64,000 bases of DNA from an uncultured Gemmatimonadales bacterium. GTDB lineage: Bacteria > Gemmatimonadota > Gemmatimonadetes > Longimicrobiales > RSA9. The DNA is taken from positions 512,001-576,000 of the forward strand of contig CAWCUS010000002.1 of NCBI GenBank assembly GCA_963798845.1, read 5' to 3'. Shown here one piece after another: positions 39,760-51,351 of the stretch. Made by a program: the position numbers and the translations under genes. Under the pieces are notes generated by a model. That model was not told where the DNA came from. It was given only the letters and a program-made list of their open reading frames with translations, and did not search any database. Positions within the stretch are counted from its first letter, which is position 1, and each line of letters opens with the position of its first letter.

Positions 39760-39935
39760 CGATAACACAGTTTCGATCGGACTCGAGCTCCTTGAGGAGC
39801 AGAGAAGCAATGGCGTCCGGGATCGGCAGTTCAAGGCCGGCGTTCCTGGGCCTCTGGTGAGGAGATTGCAGTTTCGAAGGTGGCCGCGCGCTGGAGCTTT
39901 CGGCGCGGCGGGTCGCCAACCTGGAAACGTTAAGT
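39760..39935 (+). repeat. attC-like site 17, chimeric (left arm replaced by antitoxin-derived sequence)
   Basis: R'' CGATAAC matches the cassette start; right arm is consensus; 39768-39832 resembles 21046-21095. Confidence 0.75.
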
Positions 39936-39995
39936 GCCATCACGTTGGCTCGCCCCAAGCGTTAGATTGAGGCGGCTACCAACGGGAGGAACTCA

Positions 39996-40202
39996 ATGAA
40001 GTACCGCGTGCTGATCGAGCAGGACGAGGCCGGTTTTTTCGTGGCTGAGGTGCCGGCTCTGCCTGGGTGTGTGAGTCAGGGCGATACGCGGCGGGAGGCG
40101 CTCGCCAACATCCGAGAGGCGATCGCGGGTTATCTGGAGAGCCTCGAGGATCACCAGGAGCCGGTGCCTCCCTCGATCCATGAGGAGATCGTGGAGGTGT
40201 AG
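39996..40202 (+). CDS. hicB: Cassette 18: HicB family antitoxin
   Basis: 'VAEVPALPGCVSQGDTRREALANIREAI'. Confidence 0.9.
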   Translation: MKYRVLIEQDEAGFFVAEVPALPGCVSQGDTRREALANIREAIAGYLESLEDHQEPVPPSIHEEIVEV

Positions 40203-40427
40203 GTGGCCGAGCTGCCAGTCGTCTCGGGACGCGAGGCAGTGAAGGCGTTCGGCAGGATTGGCTACGGTGTCGATCGCCAGCGTGGAAGTCACATCATTCT
40301 GAGACAGGCGGAACCCCCTCATCGCCGCCTGACGATTCCGGACCACAAAGAACTTCGGAAGGGAACGTTACGGGCTCTGATCCGACAGGCTGGATTGTCG
40401 GTGGATGAGTTCGCCGCGTTGCTCTAG
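40203..40427 (+). CDS. hicA: Cassette 18: HicA family toxin
   Basis: 'RQRGSHIIL...TIPDHKELRKGTLRALIRQAGL'. Confidence 0.9.
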   Translation: MAELPVVSGREAVKAFGRIGYGVDRQRGSHIILRQAEPPHRRLTIPDHKELRKGTLRALIRQAGLSVDEFAALL

Positions 40428-40482
40428 AAACAGCGAAACCGCTCGTTCGGTCAGCATCTCGAAGCTGGTTGGGCGTGACGGC

Positions 40483-40633
40483 AATAGACAAACGGTTGGC
40501 GCCTGCGCGGCCTGCGGCCACTCCGGAGAACCCGCCCCGATTAGCTGGACTCTGGTGAGATTCGTGCAGTTTCGAAGGTGATCGCGCGCTGAAGGTTTCG
40601 GCGTGGCGGGTCGCCAGCCTGTGAACGCTGAGC
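40483..40633 (+). repeat. attC-like site 18, degenerate at both R boxes
   Basis: AATAGAC aaacggttggcg...cgccagcctgtgaac GCTGAGC. Confidence 0.75.
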
Positions 40634-40767
40634 GAAAGGTGCCTTTGGAATCCCAATGGGACGTCAGACAAGGGAGAGAAGGAGGGATGCTGGAGGAGAC
40701 GTGGCGATGTAACTGAAGTGAATAGGGCGGACGGCTGGCGACGCCCGAAATATCAAGCGGAGGCGCG

Positions 40768-41265
40768 ATGCGAAGAAACCCCTCAGCGACGGTGACGGAA
40801 TTCCTCGAGAGTCTTCCGGGTGACCGGCAGAGGACCGTGGAGGCAGTACGGGCCCTGATTCGGCGACACCTGCCCCATGGATACGAGGAGGTGGTGGCGA
40901 AGAATATGCTGGTCTACCAGGTGCCGTTGAGCCGGTATGCGGATACGTACAATGGCTATCCGTTGTGGTATGTGGCCTTGGCGTCGGAGAAGTCGTATCT
41001 CTCGCTTCACCTGATGCCGGTCTACGGGAGCGCTATCTACGCGGATCGCCTAAGGGAGGGCTTCCGGAAGGAAGGCAAGCGCCTGAACATGGGTAAGGCA
41101 TGCGTGCGGTTCCGCAAGATCGAGGACCTAGCCCTCGATCCGATCGGTGAACTGGTTGGAAGCGTGTCGGTTGATCGTTGGGTGGAGATTGCCCAAAGTG
41201 CGCGATCTGGAAGGTCGCGGGACGGGTCCGCTGCTCGCGCGACAGCCCGTGGGAGGGACGGATAG
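40768..41265 (+). CDS. Cassette 19: DUF1801 (YdhG-like) protein
   Basis: 'YQVPLSRYADTYNGYPLWYVALASEKSYLSLHL...MGKACVRF'. Confidence 0.8.
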   Translation: MRRNPSATVTEFLESLPGDRQRTVEAVRALIRRHLPHGYEEVVAKNMLVYQVPLSRYADTYNGYPLWYVALASEKSYLSLHLMPVYGSAIYADRLREGFRKEGKRLNMGKACVRFRKIEDLALDPIGELVGSVSVDRWVEIAQSARSGRSRDGSAARATARGRDG

Positions 41266-41460
41266 ACGCGGTGGGGAAGCGTTGGTTGGGGATTGTCCCC
41301 GCCGAGGTGGTGCGGCGACGATCGCCTGGTTGGTCGGCGATCGATCGCCGCTCCAGCGTCATCGGGGCTGATGATCAACCACCGGATGCGGAATCAGGAC
41401 GCCATGCTTGCCGAGCTTCGTGCTGCCGGGGCGGAGGTGGAGCACCCGCTCGAAAGTTAG

Positions 41461-41482
41461 CGCCGACCTGGAAACGTCAAGC
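41461..41482 (+). repeat. attC-like site 19 remnant (right end only, GTC core)
   Basis: cgccgacctggaaacGTCAAGC. Confidence 0.65.
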
Positions 41483-41524
41483 GCCATTCCCAACCAGAGG
41501 AACGCGCGTGTCGAAAGCGGCGGC

Positions 41525-42037
41525 ATGATCGACGGTCCCCACATCGAGGTGGCGGACGGCATGGCCGTCGTAGGTATTCATTGTCCCATGAGCTTCACCG
41601 AGCCGATGATGCGGGAGCTGTGGCAAGAGTTTCGGCCAAGGGTCAAGGATGTAAAAGGCAGAGCATCGGACAGCTTCATCTCGATGCGCGTCTATGACGA
41701 ACCGGTGGGAGCGGCGCCCGCTCCGGGATCGAAATTCGAGCAGTGGGCGGCGGTCGAGGTGGACGCATCAGCGGAGGTACCGCAGGGAATGGACTCTCAC
41801 AGGCTCGCGGGTGGGCTGTACGCAGTATTCACCCACCGCGGTCGAGCGGACGCGTTCGGAGATGTGGTACGTTACATCTACGGAGACTGGCTGCCGAGAT
41901 CAGAGTTCGAGCTGGCAGATCGTGAGTTTTTCGAAGTGTTGGGGCCTTCGTATCGTCCGGATGATCCGGAGGCGAGCGAGACGATCTGGATTCCTGTCCA
42001 GGAACGAGGCAGGCCCGGAGATCGGAACGGCGCTTGA
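41525..42037 (+). CDS. Cassette 20: GyrI-like small-molecule-binding protein
   Basis: 'FEQWAAVEV...GGLYAVFTHRG...YIYGDWLP...ETIWIPV'; stop inside R''-like GCTTGAC. Confidence 0.85.
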   Translation: MIDGPHIEVADGMAVVGIHCPMSFTEPMMRELWQEFRPRVKDVKGRASDSFISMRVYDEPVGAAPAPGSKFEQWAAVEVDASAEVPQGMDSHRLAGGLYAVFTHRGRADAFGDVVRYIYGDWLPRSEFELADREFFEVLGPSYRPDDPEASETIWIPVQERGRPGDRNGA

Positions 42038-42071
42038 CAGACGGTTTCACATCCCTGCCCCGGGGGCAAAG

Positions 42072-42719
42072 ATGACTCGTGTACGTGTCCACAATTTCAC
42101 GATCTCGCTCGACGGCTACGGAGCCGGGCCGCGCCAGACTCGCGAGGATCCGCTCGGCGTGGGTGGTGAGGAATTGCACGACTGGTACATCCCGACGCGC
42201 ACCTTCCAGCGCATGGGTGGGAAGACCGGCGGCACCACCGGCGTCGATGATGATTTCGCGGCGCGATTCGGGCAGGACGTCGGCGCGTGGATAATGGGAC
42301 GCAACATGTTCGGCCCGATTCGCGGTCCGTGGCCGGACGACGCCTGGCGCGGCTGGTGGGGAAAGAACCCGCCCTATCACGGCCCGGTCTTCGTGCTGAC
42401 CCATCATGCCCGCCCGCCGGCCGAGATGGAAGGCGGTACGGTCTTCCACTTCGTCACGGGCGGTATCCGTGAGGCGCTGGAGCGCGCCACTGCGGCTGCG
42501 GCCGGGAAGGACGTGGAGATCGGAGGCGGCGTGGCGACGGTCCGCCAGTACCTCGAAGCGGAGCTCATCGACGAGCTGCACGTGGCGATCGCGCCGAGGT
42601 TGCTCGGATCGGGCGAGCATCTCCTGTACGGCCTCGATCTCACGGCCCTGGGCTATGAGTGCACCACCCACGTGCCGACCGCCGGCGCAACCCATGTCGT
42701 GCTGACAAGAAAGGAGTGA
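42072..42719 (+). CDS. Dihydrofolate reductase/RibD C-terminal family protein
   Basis: 'ISLDGYGAGP', 'GAWIMGRNMF', 'PVFVLTHH', 'IDELHVAIAPRLLGSG'. Confidence 0.88.
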   Translation: MTRVRVHNFTISLDGYGAGPRQTREDPLGVGGEELHDWYIPTRTFQRMGGKTGGTTGVDDDFAARFGQDVGAWIMGRNMFGPIRGPWPDDAWRGWWGKNPPYHGPVFVLTHHARPPAEMEGGTVFHFVTGGIREALERATAAAAGKDVEIGGGVATVRQYLEAELIDELHVAIAPRLLGSGEHLLYGLDLTALGYECTTHVPTAGATHVVLTRKE

Positions 42720-42849
42720 CTGGGGAGGGACCAGAATGTGCAGGCGCTGCGACGGATCGCTGGGTGCTGAGGCTGTGAGACTGCGGCTCCGGCGAACCCG
42801 GCGCTACCGGGGACGTCGGGTCGCCGGGCATCGCTCATGCCCACGGAAG

Positions 42850-42945
42850 CGTCGTGTGGAAGCGTACGAGTACGGGCGCTTCGGCTGGGTGCGAGATCCG
42901 GAGGGAAACAGGTTCGAGTTTTGGGAGCCCGCGGCGCGCGTGTAG
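42850..42945 (+). pseudogene. C-terminal fragment of a VOC/glyoxalase gene, preceded by an attC-like remnant (about 42780-42830)
   Basis: 'YEYGRFGWVRDPEGNRFEFWEP'; upstream 'gctccggcgaacccggcg...cgggtcgcc' resembles attC arms. Confidence 0.5.
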
Positions 42946-42964
42946 GGGGCGAGGAGACTGCGTC

Positions 42965-43612
42965 GTGTGCCACGAGGCCATCATCGACCTTTATGAACGC
43001 CACGCTCGCGACTATGACCGGGATCGCAGCCGTGGGCTTCAGGAGCGAGCATGGCTCGATCGATTCCTGGCATTGGTCGATCCGACGGCGCCGGTTCTCG
43101 ACCTCGGCTGCGGAGTCGGTGAGCCGATCGCCCGCTACCTGATCGAGCGTGGATGCGAGATCGTCGGGGTGGACTCGTCGCCCAGTATGGTTGAGATCTG
43201 CCGCGCTCGCTTTCCGGCGACCAGGTGGCTGGTGGGCGACATGCGGCACCTACGCTTCGACCACCGGTTCGCGGGTGTTGTCGCCTGGGACAGCTTCTTC
43301 CATCTGCACATGGATGACCAGCGCAGGATGTTTCGACGTTTTGCCGCCCATGCACTGCCCGGCGCTCCCCTGCTGTTCACGAGCGGGACGTCGGAGGGAG
43401 AGGCGATGGGTTCGTATCACGGCGAACCGCTGTACCATGCCAGCCTGGATCCGGCGGAATACCGGTCCCTGCTGAGCGCCAACGGCTTCGCGGTCCAGGC
43501 TCACACCATGGAGGATCCCGAGTGCGGGAAGCACACGATCTGGCTCGCCACGAAGGCCGCGCCGAGAGGGAAAGGCGCAGATCACGCTGGGCGTGACGGT
43601 TCCCACGGATGA
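42965..43612 (+). CDS. Class I SAM-dependent methyltransferase
   Basis: 'VLDLGCGVG', 'GVDSS', 'AWDSFFHL'; RBS GAGGAG before GTG. Confidence 0.88.
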   Translation: MCHEAIIDLYERHARDYDRDRSRGLQERAWLDRFLALVDPTAPVLDLGCGVGEPIARYLIERGCEIVGVDSSPSMVEICRARFPATRWLVGDMRHLRFDHRFAGVVAWDSFFHLHMDDQRRMFRRFAAHALPGAPLLFTSGTSEGEAMGSYHGEPLYHASLDPAEYRSLLSANGFAVQAHTMEDPECGKHTIWLATKAAPRGKGADHAGRDGSHG

Positions 43613-44028
43613 TCTCGCCGCTGAGGTGGAGGGGTTCTTCGGTGAGCACGCCGTTGATCCAGTCGACCAACGCTCGGCGGGTGGTGCTGAGCGCCGCGGT
43701 GCTCGTGTTGACGGCGCTGGCCTGGGGAGCGCTCTACGGGGGGATCCGTCAGCTGCCCCGCGCAGAGACCGTTGGCCAGCGAGTGGAGACCTGGATCCAG
43801 ATCGCAGGGGGGGTCCTGAGTGCGGTCACCGTCCTCACCTGCTTTCGGCATCACGAGTGGACGCGCTGGCTCCGGGCGGTCTGGGCGACATCCCTGGTGC
43901 TGGCGGCGGGGCTTTCCGGACTCGTGTGGGGTCCACCAATGCCTCTCATCGCACTGCTCCTGGCTACAGGGGCGCTATTCGTCGTCCTTGTCCTCGCGTG
44001 GGCCATGCGCGCCGGAGGCGTCCGGTGA
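43609..44028 (+). CDS. Hypothetical membrane protein
   Basis: Four hydrophobic segments; start uncertain. Confidence 0.6.
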   Translation: MISPLRWRGSSVSTPLIQSTNARRVVLSAAVLVLTALAWGALYGGIRQLPRAETVGQRVETWIQIAGGVLSAVTVLTCFRHHEWTRWLRAVWATSLVLAAGLSGLVWGPPMPLIALLLATGALFVVLVLAWAMRAGGVR

Positions 44029-44177
44029 AGGCTCGTGGGCGGCATTGATGCGGGCATCGCCGCCGGGCGGGCATCCGGCTCAGGGGTGGGGTGCCGCGGG
44101 TGTCCCGGGGATGTCCTCGATGCGCGTGTGGCGCTCCGGGCCACTCCGGAGCGCCACACGTGCCGGCCTTCGCGGCG

Positions 44178-46415
<2,238 letters not shown>

Positions 46416-46709
46416 TCAGCGAGTGGTGTGTTCAGCGTCGGATACGACCGAGCCCCGGCCGGGCGCCTGGAGGCGCACGCACCGCGGCGTCGTCGCGTGA
46501 GGACGGGCGGTGCGGCGGCGCAGGGGGTACTGTGGCCACAATGCCCCGGCCCGGACGCCGACGCAAGGGCTCGCGGCCGGCGCTGGCCCAGTGGTCCCGG
46601 GGCCGGGATCCCCGGCGCCGGGGGTCGGCTGGTCGGCCATCGAGCGGGCGCCGCCTCTGCCACAAGACCCTGTCCCCGGTACGCGGCGCCCTGTATAGTC
46701 TACGGACCC

Positions 46710-47371
46710 ATGCCCCCCGCCCTGGTCTCCCTGGCTACAGCCCTCGCAGGCCGCTACACCGTCGGCGACGCCATCGGCGCCGGTGGCATGGCGACCGTGT
46801 CCGTGCCCGCGACGGGAAGCACGGCCGCGACGTCGCGCTCAAGGTGCTCCGCCCGGAGCTGGTGGAGGCGCTGTGGCGCGAGCGGTTCCTGCGCGAGATC
46901 CGCCTGGCGGCCAGCCTCACGCACCCGAACATCCTGCCGTTCCACGATTCGGGCGATGCGGACGGCGTGCTCTGGTTCACCATGCCGCTCGTCGAGGGTG
47001 ACACGCTGCGGGACCGCCTGGAGCGGGAAGGACGGCTCGCGGAGAACGCGGCGGCGCTGCCTTACACGGCGCAGCTCCGGGCGCTGCTGGCCGCCGTGTC
47101 CGGGCGGCGCGAAGAGGCGCTCGAGATCCTCGCCACCGTGGACGAGTCGGCGCTGGACGGCCACCACACCTTTCACCTGGCCGAGTCGTACGCCGTGGCC
47201 GGTGCGCACGAGCGCGCCGTCGCGCTCCTCGATCGGGCCGTGACGCTCGGGTTCTACCCCCACGACTACTACAGCCGGCTCTGCCCGTTCCACGATGCGC
47301 TGAGGGGCCGTGACGATTTCGCCCGGGTCGCCGCGCGCGCGGCGGAGCGGTCCGCGGCGTTCCGGGCGTAG
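46710..47371 (+). pseudogene. Ser/Thr protein kinase remnant (frameshift plus large internal deletion)
   Basis: 'IGAGGMATV', frameshift, 'VALKVL...RFLREI...HPNIL'; no HRD or DFG motifs; joins directly to a TPR-like tail. Confidence 0.8.
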
Positions 47372-47521
47372 CCAGCGCTCGCGTCGACGCCGGCGCGCCC
47401 GCTCCAGGAGTCCGGATCCCGCCCATCCCGGCAGAGCAGGAAAGCGCGATGCCGTTGACGCGAAAGGACGCTCCGACACATGCTCCCCCCACACCCTGCC
47501 ACGCGAGGCTCACCGCCGGAC

Positions 47522-48928
47522 ATGACGCCCATGATCGACCGTCTCGCCGCGCTTCCGCGGCTGGCCGAAGTCCCCCGCGAGCAGCTCCAGTGGCTGCTGG
47601 ACCACGCCGAGTTTCAGCGCGGGGAGGATGGCGCGACCTACCACGGTGTGGGCGCCAACGAGCTCGTGGGCCTCTTCCTGCTGGTCTCCGGCCGGTTCTC
47701 CATCCGGATGACCAGGGGCGGTGTGGAGCGGGAGATCCGGGAGATCCTGCCGGGCGCCGTCACGGGGTTCCTGCCCTACTCGCGGATGAAGGACCCGGAG
47801 GGCTACGTGGTGGCGGACGGTCCGGTGGAGTTCGTTTTCCTGCGGATCGAGGACCTGCCGGCGCTGGCGACGCACTGCTACGAGCTCACGGCGATCTGCG
47901 TGCACGAGATGCTGGACCGGGTGCGGGTGTTCAAGTCAGAGGACAAGCGCCAGGAGAAGATGGCGGCGCTCGGCCGGCTCTCCGCCGGGCTCGCGCACGA
48001 GCTGAACAACCCGGCGTCTGCGGCGGCGCGGGCGGCGAGAGGGCTGGACGCGGCGCGCCGTGAGCTGGTGGTGGCGTCGCGGGAGCTCGGCGCGGCAGGT
48101 CTCGGAGAAGCCGGACTGCGAGGGCTGGAGCAGCTGCAGGCGACGGCGCGGCGGTCTGTCGCGGACGGGATCTCGCCCACGGCGAGAGCGGCGCTGGAGG
48201 ACCGGATCGGGGCGTGGCTGGGGGAGCGCGGAATCGAAGCGGGACTCGCGTTCCCGCTCGCGGAGCACGGGATCACGGTGGCCGAGCTCGAGGCCGCCGC
48301 TCCCGCGTTCGATGGGATGCAGCTCGGTTCGGTGCTCCGCTACCTCGCCGCGGACTGCGAGCTGCGGGCGCTGGCCGCGGACATCGTGTCGGCGGCGGAG
48401 CGGATCGACGCGCTCGTGGCCGCTGTCAAGAAGCACACGCACATGGACCGCGGGCGCGGGATCGAGCCGATCCGGCTGGCCGAGCACCTGGCGGATACCG
48501 TGACGCTCATGCGCTCGAAAGCGGCCCTGAAGGGGGCCTCCCTGGAGCTCAGCGTCGGGCCGGACCTGCCGCCGGTGGACGGGTCGGTGTCGGAGCTGAA
48601 CCAGGTATGGATGCACCTGGTGGACAACGCCATCGACGCCGTGGCGGAGTCGGGCCGGATCGAGATCGACGCGACAGTGGAAGGCGGCTACGTCGTCGTC
48701 CGGGTCGTCGACGACGGTCCCGGGATCCCCGAGGAGCTGCAGGAGCGCGTGTTCGACCCGTTCTTCACCACCAAGGAGGTCGGGGAGGGACGCGGGCTGG
48801 GACTCGACATCGTTCGGACCGTGGTGGGCAGCCACCACGGCACGGTGCGGCTGCGGTCCGTTCCCGGCCGAACGGAGTTCCGCGTGGCGCTGCCCGCGGG
48901 CGGGACCGGCGGCGAGATCGTCCGGTGA
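47522..48928 (+). CDS. Sensor histidine kinase with N-terminal cNMP-binding-like domain
   Basis: 'LAHELNNP', 'LVDNAIDA', 'DDGPGIP', 'FFTTKEVGEGRGLGL'. Confidence 0.92.
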   Translation: MTPMIDRLAALPRLAEVPREQLQWLLDHAEFQRGEDGATYHGVGANELVGLFLLVSGRFSIRMTRGGVEREIREILPGAVTGFLPYSRMKDPEGYVVADGPVEFVFLRIEDLPALATHCYELTAICVHEMLDRVRVFKSEDKRQEKMAALGRLSAGLAHELNNPASAAARAARGLDAARRELVVASRELGAAGLGEAGLRGLEQLQATARRSVADGISPTARAALEDRIGAWLGERGIEAGLAFPLAEHGITVAELEAAAPAFDGMQLGSVLRYLAADCELRALAADIVSAAERIDALVAAVKKHTHMDRGRGIEPIRLAEHLADTVTLMRSKAALKGASLELSVGPDLPPVDGSVSELNQVWMHLVDNAIDAVAESGRIEIDATVEGGYVVVRVVDDGPGIPEELQERVFDPFFTTKEVGEGRGLGLDIVRTVVGSHHGTVRLRSVPGRTEFRVALPAGGTGGEIVR

Positions 48929-49503
48929 AGGGGAAGGATGGCCGCCCCGTCATGGCGTTCCGCGACCGTGCCGCCTGGGCGCAGTGGCTCGAAGCGAACC
49001 ACGACCGCTCCCCCGGGCTGTGGCTGAAGCTGGCGAAGAAGGGGAGCGGCGTGCCGAGCGTCAGCCGGGAGGAGGCGCTGGGAGTGGCGCTCTGCTACGG
49101 GTGGATCGACGGCCAGGCGGCGGCGCTGGATGAGCAGCACTGGCTCCAGCGCTACACGCCCCGCACCGGCCGCAGCAAGTGGTCGCGGCGAAACCGCGAG
49201 GCCGCGCTCCGGCTGATCGAGGCGGGAGTAATGCGGCCTCCCGGGCTGGCGGCGGTGGAGGCGGCGCGGGCGGACGGCCGCTGGGACGCCGCGTACGCCC
49301 CCCAGAGCGAGATCACCGTCCCGCCGGACCTGGCGGCTGCGCTCGATCGGCACCCGGCGGCGCGGGCGCGCTTCGAGGAGCTGGACAGCCGGAACCGCTA
49401 CTCGATCCTCTACCGCATCGGCGACGCGAAGAAGCCGGAAACCCGGCGGCGCCGGATCGACACGTTCGTGGAAATGCTGCGCCGGGGAGAGACGATCCAC
49501 TAG
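48925..49503 (+). CDS. YdeI/OmpD-associated family protein
   Basis: 'ALCYGWIDG', 'SKWSRRN', 'AKKPETRRRRI'. Confidence 0.88.
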   Translation: MKGKDGRPVMAFRDRAAWAQWLEANHDRSPGLWLKLAKKGSGVPSVSREEALGVALCYGWIDGQAAALDEQHWLQRYTPRTGRSKWSRRNREAALRLIEAGVMRPPGLAAVEAARADGRWDAAYAPQSEITVPPDLAAALDRHPAARARFEELDSRNRYSILYRIGDAKKPETRRRRIDTFVEMLRRGETIH

Positions 49504-49538
49504 CCGGCCAGACGCTCGCCCGCTCACAGGAGACAGCC

Positions 49539-50696
49539 ATGCGACTCCGGCCCACGCTCCTTCTCGGTCTCGCCGCCTGCGGCGCCGCACCATCCGCGAC
49601 GCAGGGGCCGACGTTCGACATCCGGCGCATCGACAGGGGCAGCGGCTCGGGGTCGCTCCTGACGCTGGCGGACGAGGACGGGGACGGGCACGTGGACATC
49701 CTGGCGGGGGGCGAAGGGAGCGTGACGGTGCTGCGGGGGGACGGCCGCGGCGGGTTCGCGGCGCCGGTGCGGTTGGCCGCCGGCGAGAACCCGGTGTGCG
49801 CGGCGGTCGGGGACCTGGACGGAGACGGTCGGCTGGACGCGGTCGTCGCCAACCACGACACGCACTACGTCACGCTCCTGTTCGGCGGCGAGCAGGGCCT
49901 CGCGTCGCGGCGCCAGGTGCGCGTGCCGGTGGAGCTGGAGCCGCACCCCCACGCGGTGGCGGTGGCGGACCTCGACGAGGATGGTCACCTCGATTTCGTG
50001 GTGGACGACCGGCAGGGGGAGCGCCTGCTCGCGTTCCGCGGCGCGGGGGACGGTACGTTCGAGGTCGCCCGCCCGGTCCCGGTCGGCGGCGACCCGTACC
50101 GGGGCATGGCCCTGGCCGACGTGAACGGGGACGGCCACATGGACGTGGTCACGCCGAACCCGCGCACCGTTGCGGTCCAGCTCGGCGACGGCCGGGGCGG
50201 CTTCACCCCGGGCGCGCGCCTGGACGCATCGGACGTGCGCCCCTTCAGCGTGGCGGTGGGCGATTTCGACGGCGACGGCGTGGCCGACGTGGCGGCGGCC
50301 AGCGGCGAGCAGGTGGGGCTGCTGGGCGTGTGGCGCGGGACGGGGGGCGGGGCGTTCGAGCCGGCGCCGGGCTCGCCGTTCACCATCGCGCAGGGACCGG
50401 CCACGGTGGTCGCCGCGGACGTCACGGGCGACGGCGTGGACGACCTCCTGGTGACCAGCTACGCCGGCGCCGAGCTGGCCATCTTCCCGGGCTCCGCCGA
50501 CGAGGGCATGGGGGCCGCGGGTGGCGCGTTCCAGGGCGCGACCGGCCCCACGCGCATCGCGATCGCGGACGGCCCGTGGGGCCTCGCTGCCGGGGACGTG
50601 AACGGGGACGGCCGGGCGGACATCGTCGTCGCCAGCGATGGCGCCACGACGCTCACCGTGCTGCTCGCGCGGGGCACGGACGCGGGACGCGAATGA
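49539..50696 (+). CDS. FG-GAP/VCBS repeat lipoprotein
   Basis: Repeated 'DxDGDGxxD' motifs; 'LAAC' lipobox. Confidence 0.88.
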   Translation: MRLRPTLLLGLAACGAAPSATQGPTFDIRRIDRGSGSGSLLTLADEDGDGHVDILAGGEGSVTVLRGDGRGGFAAPVRLAAGENPVCAAVGDLDGDGRLDAVVANHDTHYVTLLFGGEQGLASRRQVRVPVELEPHPHAVAVADLDEDGHLDFVVDDRQGERLLAFRGAGDGTFEVARPVPVGGDPYRGMALADVNGDGHMDVVTPNPRTVAVQLGDGRGGFTPGARLDASDVRPFSVAVGDFDGDGVADVAAASGEQVGLLGVWRGTGGGAFEPAPGSPFTIAQGPATVVAADVTGDGVDDLLVTSYAGAELAIFPGSADEGMGAAGGAFQGATGPTRIAIADGPWGLAAGDVNGDGRADIVVASDGATTLTVLLARGTDAGRE

Positions 50697-51211
50697 AGGA
50701 GAGGCGCATGGCGATCCTGTTCCGGACGCTGGTCTACGGCTCGCTGTTCGTGGCGGCGCTGCTGGTGCTCCTTCCCGCTCGGCTGCTCGAGTGGTCGGGG
50801 ATCGGTCGCCCGTCGCACGTCGGCGCGGTCCAGGTCGCGGGGCTGGTCGTGCTCGGGATCGGCGCCGTGCTCGCCGCGTGGTGCGTCCTGGCCTTCCCGC
50901 TGGTGGGGCGGGGCACGCCCGCGCCGTTCGACCCGCCTCGCCGCCTGGTGACCTCGGGGCCGTACCGCTGGGTGCGGAACCCGATGTACGTGGGCGCGGT
51001 CCTCTCGCTCACCGGGGCTGCGCTCTACTACGGCTCCATCGTCCTGGCCGCGTACGGCGTGGCGTTCCTCCTGGCGGCGCACCTGTTCGTGACCGCGTAC
51101 GAGGAGCGCGCCCTCCAGCGCACGTTCGGCGCCGAATACGAGGCGTACCGCGCCCGCGTCGGCCGCTGGCTGCCCCGCCTGCCTCGCCTGCCTCGCCCTC
51201 GCCGCGGCTGA
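50693..51211 (+). CDS. Isoprenylcysteine carboxyl methyltransferase/PEMT family membrane protein
   Basis: 'LVTSGPYRWVRNPMY', 'YEERALQRTFGAEYEAYRARVGRW'. Confidence 0.88.
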   Translation: MKERRMAILFRTLVYGSLFVAALLVLLPARLLEWSGIGRPSHVGAVQVAGLVVLGIGAVLAAWCVLAFPLVGRGTPAPFDPPRRLVTSGPYRWVRNPMYVGAVLSLTGAALYYGSIVLAAYGVAFLLAAHLFVTAYEERALQRTFGAEYEAYRARVGRWLPRLPRLPRPRRG

Positions 51212-51351
51212 CCGGCTTCCCCCCGCAAGCCGGGGCGGGCGGTGGAAGCAGGCGCCCGGGATCGGGCGCGCCCGACCGACAGGGCTGGTGCCGGCGGCCG
51301 CCGGCCACCTACTTTCCGACCAGCCCCTTCAGACCCACCGGACCCTCCGCC

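Larger units (their letters stand above)
18704..42050 (+). mobile_element. Chromosomal integron-like element: recombinase, attI-like site and about 20 gene cassettes (decayed tail may extend to about 44030)
   Basis: Regularly spaced imperfect inverted repeats bounded by AAC and GTT core boxes; cassette starts complementary to their own R''; cargo visibly less GC-rich than the flanks. Confidence 0.93.

Noticed and set aside
20188..40633. attC-like repeats as REP/BIME elements, MITEs or CRISPR repeats
   Set aside because: All are co-oriented, one per gene unit, without target duplications, and their R'' boxes match the start of the preceding unit, which fits cassettes.
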